A stretch of 64,000 nt of DNA. It comes from Eledone cirrhosa (lineage: Eukaryota). The notes under the pieces are model-generated. The model was not told where the DNA came from. It was given only the letters and a program-made list of their open reading frames with translations, and did not search any database. The stretch is taken from contig OZ024743.1 of the NCBI GenBank assembly GCA_964016885.1, positions 92,008,001 to 92,072,000 of the forward strand. Direction: 5' to 3'. This document shows, piece by piece, positions 53,469-64,000 of the stretch (within the stretch, counting starts at the first letter, position 1; each line of letters starts with the position of its first letter). The translations under genes and the position numbers were made by a program.

Positions 53469-53867
53469 TGTGATACAAACGCTCATACAATATTATTATG
53501 GTTAATTTTCAATAGCGGCGTACCTTAAAAGACTTACAACCCTAGGAAGTAGATGGTAGAGATATAGAGATCGTATCTTGTGTGACAATCTGGAAATAAA
53601 AGACATTCTATGATTAATGTCTTTATACAGTGACATTTTTGTTTTGTTTGGGTTTTCTTTGGTTTGTGTTTTTGTTTTTGTTTTGTTTGTTTGTTTATTG
53701 TTGTTGTTTTTTTGTATTTTACGAATTTGAAAAACATTCCACGTTACAAACAAAAAGGGAAAAATAACATCAAACAAATATTCCAATATGAAAGATGTAC
53801 ACTCTAGGAATTGTTATTTTGTATTTAATATATTTTATTTCTCATTAATATTATAATGAAACGAGGT

Positions 53868-54045
53868 GAAACGTTTCTACTTTTGGCACAATTACCTCAG
53901 TGCATTACTGGTACTTTATTTTACGACCCTGTAAGGATGAAAGGCAAAATTAACTTCGGCGATATTTGAACTCAGAACGTAAATGGCTATAACTTTATGC
54001 TACAAAGCATGTGTCTGACGCTCTACCGATACTGTCAAACCACCG
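53868..54045 (-). mobile_element. Meta-like tRNA-SINE
   Basis: Same consensus. Confidence 0.75.
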
Positions 54046-54769
54046 CACAAACGAGGTTAAATGAAACCATGTTAAGGGAGGACTCCACCCTACCCCACCC
54101 TCTCTCCCTCTTTCTTTCTCTCTCTCTCTCTTTCTCTCTTTCTTTCTCTCTCTCCCTCTCTTTCTCTCTCACTCATACTACCTCCCGATGAAGGGCTAGC
54201 GTCCAAAACGGTAGGACACTTTTCCAATTAGATTAACAGTTAAACTAATAATATATCATCAGTGTATTGGTGCATAGAAGTGTGTTGGCGCATAGAAGTG
54301 AGTGGGAAAAAGAAATAAAGAAAGGCGATGTACATGACAAGTTTATACACAGACATCTTCACCTTCAGCTCTCAAACCAGCAAAATGGTTTCGCACGATT
54401 TAATTGAGAATACCATTTTAAAATGCAGGACCGTGCAACAGAAAAGTAAATCTTTCTGCTAGTATGATGTGTGTGTGGTAAACCAAACAGCAGAGATAGA
54501 AGGACGAAAGAAAAGGAAAATAATAGGATAGTGGAGTTCAAGCTATGGTGTCTGTCCTAAATAGAAAGCTAATCATAGCTATGATAAAGTTTGATGAAAA
54601 AACAATGTTGTCTCTGATCGAGACGAAACGAGAGTTTATTTGACGGCTAAGGGTTTTATGTGCTCAAGCAGTCGTGAACAGAGACAGACATCCTCTCGAC
54701 CCCCACTCCTTTTATCCAGCGGAACATCCAGGATGTGAAAACTTGAAGGCGTGAGGGCTGCACCAGCAC

Positions 54770-55293
54770 TGACCTCGCACTCTTTTTATCGACCCCAAAT
54801 GGATGAAAGGCAAAATGGGCCTCGGTGGAGTATGAACACAGAACGCAAATATCCAGTGTTCTAACAACTCTACCAAACACATCGCCTCATAAGTGTGGGG
54901 GGGTGGAGATGATTTATATACATAATTATGGTTTCTGATACAGCAATTTGGGGGGAGGGGAAGCTCGATGAAATCAACCTTATTTTATCAACCGTAAGGA
55001 TGAAAGGCAAAGCTAACCACGGCGGGATTTGAACTCAGAACATAAAGGGCCGTGGCTACATACTGTGAAGCATATTGGCTGATGCCCTACCGATTCTGCC
55101 AATCCCTGATTTATATATATAATTGTTTCTACTTTTGGCACAGCACATTACTGGTACTTTATTTTATCGACCCCGTAAGGATGAAAGGCAAAGTTAACCT
55201 CGGCGGGATTTGAACTCAGAATGACAAGGGCCGTAACTCTATACGTCAAAGCAGGGCGTCCGACCCTCTACCGATACTGCCAATCCACCGCCC
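54770..55293 (-). mobile_element. Cluster of three Meta-like tRNA-SINEs
   Basis: GGATGAAAGGCAAA core at about 54801, 54998 and 55179. Confidence 0.8.
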
Positions 55294-56179
55294 TGATTTA
55301 TATATATATATATAATAATACCAATCGACCTCAGCTTTTAAATTGTTTGTCATAATTTAACGAGATTATTTCTATTTATTGGGATATTCTATCTAAGATG
55401 TTGACATTTTTATCTGCCAAATGCTATCATTATTTTTATTATTTAAAGCGTTGATAGAGACCTGCAATATCTATATGCTTTTAACATGGCTTCTAAATTT
55501 CATGACGCCAAATCTGGTTTGAACAGCAGCTTTCATCGTTCGCCAAGTGTCAGTGGCTGAGATAATCAGTCCGACGTTATACAAACGAATTTTCAAACTA
55601 CGAACAAATGAATAGAAGAATTTATTTATTTGCTCCCATAAACACACCGGTACAAAATGCATGTACACGCGAACAAACACCAGCATAAACACACTAACAT
55701 ACATTCATGCTCTCTCTTTTCTCTCTCTCTCTCACACACACACACATACGCACATACACACACACACTCTTCGTGCAAACTAAATACCATGCTACATTTA
55801 CCCCACACACACACAAAATACACATAAACACACACACAAACACCCTTTGTACAAATAGATATTAAAAAAAACATCGATTAATTCGCTCACAAAAACACAG
55901 GTACAAACACATACACTCGCGAGCAAATGCTTGCACAAACACACTGACATCTAATCACACACGCACTCACTACCCATCGTATATACTGCCCACACGTACA
56001 CACAAACACACATTCCTCGTACATACTACGCACACATACGCATACACACACACACACACACTCACACACATAGACGTATGCATTAAGAGATTTCTGTGAA
56101 TAGATAAGTGTCATCTTTGAAAAGCAACTCAAATATATCATCCCACTTTTTATAACCCTTATGGTGTGTTTATTTTTCT

Positions 56180-56211
<32 letters not shown>

Positions 56212-56852
56212 TTGCATCCTCTCCCCCCCCCCCAACCACCACCACCGCCGCCGCCCCGCTACCCTGGTCGTCTGGTCGTCTCTGATCTGATTTAATGCAT
56301 GGTAATAAATCATAGTACGTATTAGTACAGTAGCAATCACCAGATTGATGATGTTAGCTAATGACAGTCAGTGTGTTTCCATTTGTAGTGGAGACCATCA
56401 ACTTGTCGGCTGCTAATATTTGATGAGGCGGGAAAAATTATATACGAGGTTTATAATGGCTGTAAAAGGAAAATAACTTATTTTTCGTTTTTCTTTTATT
56501 TTCATTCATATTTTTTCAGGTAGGGAGTAAATTACTTCGTCGTAAAAACATTTAATGAAAGCGGTGATGTGTATAAAAGGTGAATAAATAATAAAAAGTT
56601 TAGAGGTATTGTCACGCAGGCATGGTCAGGCCGAGGGGACTTACAGATGTTTTAAAGGTAACGAAATGTATGTATCTCGGGAAACAGGTAAGGGCCGCAT
56701 GATGTTGAATCACTTAATTACATACAACGAAAAACCGGTGGAGGGGGCTGCTACGTGATCACTTGACCTGCTAGAAATAGCCACTAATTGTCCCTCGTTT
56801 CCCCTTCTACATTCTTAAAAGGAACATAAAAGAACATATTGAGTAATATTGT

Positions 56853-57158
56853 CAGGGTTGGATTTAGACCCTGGATGGGCCGGGGCATTTCAAGTTTGGG
56901 GGGCCCCCTCAACACAAAAAATTAGAATACACAGCAACCCCCCCAATTTTACATATCAAAGTTAGCTTGACGCAAGTAATTGGTATAGAAAAGTTATACA
57001 TACAGGTATTAAATTCAAAAATTATAACCATCCTAAAAGTAAAACGCCCAGCTGAGGGCAAAAATAAATTGCTACGGACGTCACTGGTGCTTCCCCACAC
57101 ACACACTGCAAGGGACACGGACAATTGCCACCTTTGTCCCCCATTAAATCCGGCACTG
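56853..57158. mobile_element. Putative MITE
   Basis: Imperfect TIRs CAGGGTTGGATTTA / TAAATCCGGCACTG. No clear TSD. Confidence 0.45.
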
Positions 57159-57319
57159 GTCGTAAAAGATGTTTTGGTTCGCTTGAATTGTTGGCTTTAG
57201 CCGCCATTTTCATACATAATTGTTTCTACTTTAGGCACAAGGCCAGCAATTATAAATAGCAATGTTTCTTGAGGAAAAGTGAATTCTCGTGTTTCAGTCA
57301 GGTGACTTCATCAGCTATG

Positions 57320-57625
57320 AAGGCCCGTGACATAGTCGTTAAGATTTTCGACACACGATCGCAAAGACGTGAGCTCAATTCCCAGTGACAAGTTTGCCCT
57401 TGAGCAAGATGCTTTATTTCTTGTTGCTCTAGTCCATTCAGCTGTCCACTGGCAATAAGAAGAGTTGTACCTGTAATTCAAAGGGCCAACCTTGTCATGC
57501 ATAGTGTATGACGCTGAATCTCTCCGAGTGTTATGGAATGCTCAGCCATTTGCACGTTAATTTTCATGAGATGACAGTTCCGTTGATCGCATCAACTGGA
57601 AAACTAATCGCTACACCCGACGAAG
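57320..57625 (+). mobile_element. CORE-like tRNA-SINE, decayed
   Basis: CCTTGAGCAAGATGCTTTATTTC..CCATTCAGCTG; similar to 28.4 kb. Confidence 0.6.
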
Positions 57626-58052
57626 ATCCACCACCACCACCACCACCACCACCAATAACAACAACAACCAACAACAATTTCATCGGATACGAAATTGAAA
57701 GAGTCGAGAATCTATAGAATATAAGAATATGTTTCGTGTGAAGCTTAGCTTTTATCTTTATTTTAGCTGTAATTGTTGAATAGCCTTTATCTTTTATATA
57801 TTTGTAGTTTTTTTTTTTTGGTTTGGTTCTATATATGGAAGCCACTTTTAATGGCGGACAGTGAAAAGGTTAACTAAAAATGTTAAACACGTTTCTTTTT
57901 ACGTTACGTAACAAAAGGTAAAACTTCACTGAGAATGTATTAACATTGACATTCGTGTATGTGTATATATGTGTCTGCTTGTGTCTGCATGTGTATGCGT
58001 GTGTATGCATGTATGTATGTATATACACACACACATATACATAAATACACAC

Positions 58053-58119
<67 letters not shown>

Positions 58120-58218
58120 AGGGCGGTGCCCCAGCATGGCCTCAGCCGGATAGCTGAAACAGGTAAAAGAGTAAAAGAGTATATATATATATAATTATAT
58201 ATATACATACATACATAC

Positions 58219-58382
<164 letters not shown>

Positions 58383-59024
58383 CAGAGAGAGAGACACACA
58401 CATACACACATATATATATATGTGTACGTATATGTACTTATATATATAATATGTGCATGCATACATGTGTGTATGTCTCAAAACGTGTATGTGTGTGCGT
58501 CTGTGTGTGTGTGTGTTACATACCTTTTATGGCCTGGCATCTAAGAACTGGGGTGAAAATGATGGACAGAAGTGTTATGTATGCATAAATGTATGAGTTT
58601 ATGTACGTACCTAAATATATATACACAATATAAAATGAGAGATACGTGCATACATCCATACATACACACACATACATACATACCTATACACACATATACA
58701 CACACACACATACATACATATATGCATTCATACCTGCATATATACATATATACATACACAAAATACATACATACATACATACATACATACATACATACAT
58801 ACATACATACATACATACATACATACAGACTTGCATGCATGCATACCTGAATACATACATACATACATACATTTTTGAAATTATAAAACCAGAAGAACAT
58901 ACATACAAACAAACATACATGCATGCATACCTGCATATATATACATATATATACATATATACATACACAAAATACATACATACATACATACATACATACA
59001 TACATACATACATACATACATACA

Positions 59025-59055
<31 letters not shown>

Positions 59056-59621
59056 CCAACATGGTGGTTAGAACGAACTAAAGAAGTTAAGTAAAGAACA
59101 TTTGCGTGTGTCTGTTAAAGCAAGATTTGGTGTTGGGGACTGTTGAAACCGGAAGTTCACCAGCTGGAGGCCTATGTCATTGAATGTTGTAGTATTGTAG
59201 TGAAAAGGGGGTAGAAAGGTGATGAAAAGGGGGCTGAGAGGGAGAGAGAAAGAGAAAGAAAGAGAGGGAGAGTGTGAGAAACAGAGAAAGACAGGAGTTA
59301 AAGAGATAGTGTGCAGGAATAGTGACAAACAGATAGATAGAGAGAGAGCAGGGGGAGAGATAGAGGGAGAGAGAGAGAGAAAGAGAGAGAGAGTGAGAGA
59401 GAGAGAGAGAGGGAGAGAGAGAGAGAAAGAAAGTGCGAGTGGTTGAGAGAAAGAGATGGTTGTGAAATGATATATTGCTGACAGAGTGACACACACGCGC
59501 ATAGAGGGAGATTGATGAGAGAGAGAGAGTTAGGGAAAAGTGACAGAGAGAAAGGGGTGAGTGGGAAATTAAAGAGATAGTGTGCGGGGGAAGTGATACA
59601 GATATATATATGTGTGTGTGC

Positions 59622-59671
<50 letters not shown>

Positions 59672-60033
59672 AAAGAGAGAGAGAGAAGATGGAATACAGG
59701 GAAAGGTGACAGAGAGAGAGGTAACAAAATGGCGGCGGTATGAAGAGACCCATTTAGTAGAAAACATTTTCAGTCTAGAATTTTACCATTGGTTTAGATA
59801 TGTGACGACTGTCAATGGAGTAGTCAGCCTGCCAAGCAAGCGTAGGTTTTGGGTCTCCGGTAATTACAAAGATGAGAGTTCGAGTTGTTTGATCAACAGA
59901 ACAGCCAGCTCTTAAGTAAGGAAAGGATATGTGAGATAACATTGACGTAGCTACCCTGAATAAGATGAGCTGGTCATGGCTGTAACGCCTTTGATCATAA
60001 ATCTACTCAATGAAGGTTGATCTGTGGTTAAAC

Positions 60034-60428
60034 AATAATTGTTTCTACTTTAGGCACAAGGCCAGCAAATACCCAGTGCATTACTGGTACTTTATTTTAT
60101 CGACCCCGTAGGATGAAAGGCAAAGTCAACCTCGGCTGGATTTGAACTCAGATCGTAAAGGGACGTAACTATGCTGGAAACGATGACGTCCGACCCTCCA
60201 CCGATACTGCCAATCCACCGCCCTGGTGGTTAAACAATAATTATTTCTACATTAGGCACAAGGCCAGCAATTACCCAGTGTATTACTGGTACTTTATTTT
60301 ATCGACCCCGTAAGGATGAAAGGCAAAGTTAACCTCGGCGAGATTTGAACTCAGAATGGCAAGGGCCGTAACTCTATGCGTCAAAGCATGGCGTCCGACC
60401 CTCTACCGATACTGCCAATCCACCGCCC
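60034..60428 (-). mobile_element. Two tandem Meta-like tRNA-SINEs with repeated flank TGGTTAAACAATAA
   Basis: The flank recurs at about 60025, 60227 and 60432, as expected for a TSD. Confidence 0.85.
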
Positions 60429-60734
60429 TGGTGGTTAAACAATAATAACACACTATAAGAACAATAACGACAATAACAGCAACACATACATACACACGCA
60501 AGCACACATACACACACAAGCACACACACATACAGGCACACACATGCACACACACACACACGCGTACACACACATGAACACACACACACACACATACACA
60601 CACACACATACACACACATACAGCACAGGCATACACACACACAGAGGCAGACACCATCTCTGGATACGCTAAATACCAGTCTTTCATAGAAAATTCGGAC
60701 GCGTTTCATGCAAAATGAAAATAGAAAAACATGG

Positions 60735-60802
<68 letters not shown>

Positions 60803-61334
60803 TTATGTGTGCGTCTTGAGGATGCATCACGGTTAAGAAGTTGGCTTAGCAATCATAGAATCCCAAGTTCGATCTCCCCCCCTCCCCTCCTCATGGTATC
60901 AGAGACGCGTGTTTTTCACCACAGCCTCGGGTCAACTTATGCTGTGTGAAGTGAAATTAGGTAGACGTAAACTATTCGGAAGCCCGTCAGGTCTACGGTA
61001 CCTGTAATTTAAAGAGCTAGCCTTGTCAAACAGCGTCCCGCCGAATTTTCATGAGAATTATCTTAGCAGTATTTGTGTATGCAGGATGCTCCGGCTGTTA
61101 CGTTGATCAGACTGTCGTGTATTGAACTCGTATTGATTGTTATCTAACAAATGCCGTATAATTATTTAATTATTTAACGACAGCCAATCATATCATAATC
61201 ACGTGTTTTAAGTGTGCTCATGTTTTTTTGTCTATATATTATGCTTCAGTTAAACGGGAGTACACAATTCTATCCAACAGGTTTGAAGTAGTCTGACGGT
61301 TTGAGGAGTACACAATTTTTGTCACCACGGAATT

Positions 61335-61615
61335 ACGTTCGCCATGCTTTGCGGCACAGAGTTACGGCCCTTTGCGGTCTGAGTTCAAATCCCGCCAAGG
61401 TTAACTTTGCCTTTCATCCTTATGGGGTTGATAAAATAAAGTACCGGTAATGCACTGGGATAATTGCTGGCATTGTGCCAAAAGTAGAAACAATTATTAT
61501 TTTCTCGCTTCCGAGGTTAATTTTGCCTTTCATCCTTACAGGGTCGATAAAATAAAGTACCAGTTACACACTTAATCAACTTTCCCTTCCCTCCAAATTG
61601 TTGGCCTTGTGCCTC
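61335..61615 (+). mobile_element. Meta-like tRNA-SINE plus a partial second copy
   Basis: Same consensus, plus strand. Confidence 0.75.
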
Positions 61616-61994
61616 AGTTCAACAGTTCAACAGTTCAACAGTTCAACAGTTCGACAGTTCAATAGTTTATTGTGTTTCATTGTGTCTAAATAGAAATGTA
61701 TAAATTACCGTCGAAACCGGTGGAGATCCACACCATTTCAATTCAGTAATACATCGAACAACTATAACACTTATGGTTTAAAGTGACGGAGGTCCTTTCC
61801 ATATCAGGTGTGCGTGTTCTAAAGAAGAGAGAGTAGAGTGACGAGGGAGAAAGGTACTGACGCCAACCTTGAGCAAGTCTCAACTTGTTCAGTTCCTGAT
61901 TGTTCTGGCGGGAAACTAATTGATTTGGTTCTGATCTGTATTCATTTCATTATCATTTCGTCTTAGACCCTGGAAACATGAGCTCACATGATGA

Positions 61995-62018
61995 CACATA
62001 CATACATACATACATACA

Positions 62019-62050
<32 letters not shown>

Positions 62051-62142
62051 CATACATACATACATACATATATACATACATACAGACAGACATACAGACA
62101 TACATACATACATACATACATACACGTGCATACATACATACA

Positions 62143-62176
<34 letters not shown>

Positions 62177-62182
62177 CATACA

Positions 62183-62214
<32 letters not shown>

Positions 62215-62540
62215 CATACATACATACATACATACAGACAGACATACAGACATACATACATACATACATACACGTGCATACATACATACATACATACATA
62301 TACATACATACATACATACATACATATACATACATACATACATACATACATACATACAGACAGACATACAGACATACATACATACATACATACACGTGCA
62401 TACATACATACATACATACATACATACATACATACATACATACATACAGACAGACAGACAGACGCATTCACACACATATACACATACGCACATATACACA
62501 CTCACATACTACATACACATACACACATTTACATACACTA
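61995..62540. repeat. Long compound (TACA)n microsatellite
   Basis: Seen directly. Confidence 0.9.
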
Positions 62541-63059
62541 TTGTACTTATTAGGTACCAAAACTGAAGTGGATTTCTCTTTCAGAACCTGTGTTATCTGT
62601 AAAATAATGTGTGAGTGATTAGCAGGAATGTGGGGTGTACCTACCCTGCGTGGGGTAAATGGTGGGGGTAAATGGTGGGGGTAAATGGTTTTTATATTTT
62701 ATATTATATCTTGTGTTTTATAATAATTTTATACTTATTTCATGTTTTATATAAATTTCATCTGTCTATTGTATTATATCCTTAAATTAATAAATCTGCC
62801 TTCCTAACAACAACTCATCCCCGACCGGTCCTTTAAGACCTTCACAAACAACAACTCATCTCCGACCGGTTCTTTAAGACCTTCACGGGGATACTCCTTT
62901 GATAATGAGCTTTTAAACCCGAAAATATTTGGGATAATAAAATTTGCTAAGGTAAAATTCTATCGTTATCTTGGCACCTTCTAATGCATTGTCGAGCTTT
63001 TAATATTATTTAAAATGATATTCCCTATTCAATAATGCTTGAAACAAACTACAACACTG

Positions 63060-63390
<331 letters not shown>

Positions 63391-63827
63391 CAAATTATAA
63401 AATAAGAAGAAGTAATAGACACAGATATATATACCTATTATTTCTTCAATGTCCCGACTGTACAGTTTTGCTGGTCAGTAGCAACAATTTTACATTATAG
63501 AGGTGCAATATCGTTGTGAGACACACCAGCTTTTCAAATAATTCCTCAGGGAAGGAACGCTTTCCAGGCACGTTCGTAGCATATATATATATATATGTAC
63601 GTACGTATGTGTTATGTATGTATGTATACGCACATACACGAGGCCATTATACGTAAGAGGTGTAAAACCAACAAAAATATCTATTCAATCGTCTAGTCAT
63701 TTCACCCTTTCATCTTTCTCTGCATTATAATGTCATACATATATGTATATATACATACATCCATATACATACATACATACATACATACATACATACATAC
63801 ATACATACATACATACATACATACATA

Positions 63828-64000
63828 GAGAAAATCATATTGAAAGCTGCTGGAGGTCTGTATAGGGAAACAAACGACGAGTTCAACACGCAAGCTGAAT
63901 TGGTAGAAGAACTGGCACAAAGCTACTACTAGCATGTTGAACAAAGATAATATAAAATAGATGACTCAGTACTGATTACTTCCCTTCAGGAAGTGATATA
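63828..64000 (+). mobile_element. Possible decayed R4/Dong-like fragment starting at (TACA)n
   Basis: Translations IESCWRSV and, frameshifted, NDEFNTQAELVEEL resemble the pre-RT 'FW..IW...N..A.W..E' region. Truncated by the window end. Confidence 0.35.

Noticed and set aside
54180-54220. Hammerhead-like CCGATGA-AGGGC-TAGC-GTCC-AAAAC
   Set aside because: Two core mismatches and no convincing stems I or III; at most a relic.
56480-56700. Candidate exon after TTTTTCAG at 56519
   Set aside because: No convincing reading frame or supporting neighbouring exons.
61615-61665. (AACAGTTC)n and other short tandem repeats as a CRISPR-like array
   Set aside because: No unique spacers; eukaryotic context.

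Overview
Repeat-dense, AT-rich eukaryotic DNA that looks intergenic or intronic. The SINE types and microsatellite load suggest a cephalopod such as Octopus (inference). I could not support any host protein-coding gene, and nearly all ORF-track entries are microsatellite artefacts. Real coding remnants are all from retrotransposons: a frameshifted full-length RTE-clade LINE (12.75-16.72 kb, -), two decayed Tx1/L1-like LINEs (21.5-26.56 kb and 49.1-53.36 kb, -) plus two 3' fragments, an R4/Dong-like restriction-like-endonuclease 3' fragment, and a Penelope-type GIY-YIG fragment. There are also many tRNA-SINEs, a non-autonomous Helitron and MITEs. Two signals stand out. (1) Retroelements sort by microsatellite: Tx1-like copies sit in (GATA)n, RTE, its bipartite mini-derivative and Dong-like copies sit in (TACA)n, and Penelope-like mini-elements sit in (TA)n. 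(2) Several sequence-divergent families of small (TA)n-embedded fold-back elements share one architecture: a tail with an ACTC...GAGT stem-loop, an inverted arm, usually a hammerhead-ribozyme motif, the arm again, then (TA)n. In one family the inverted arm starts exactly at the predicted ribozyme cleavage site. About 10 hammerhead-like motifs, intact or decayed, were found by eye; all folds are manual and untested.
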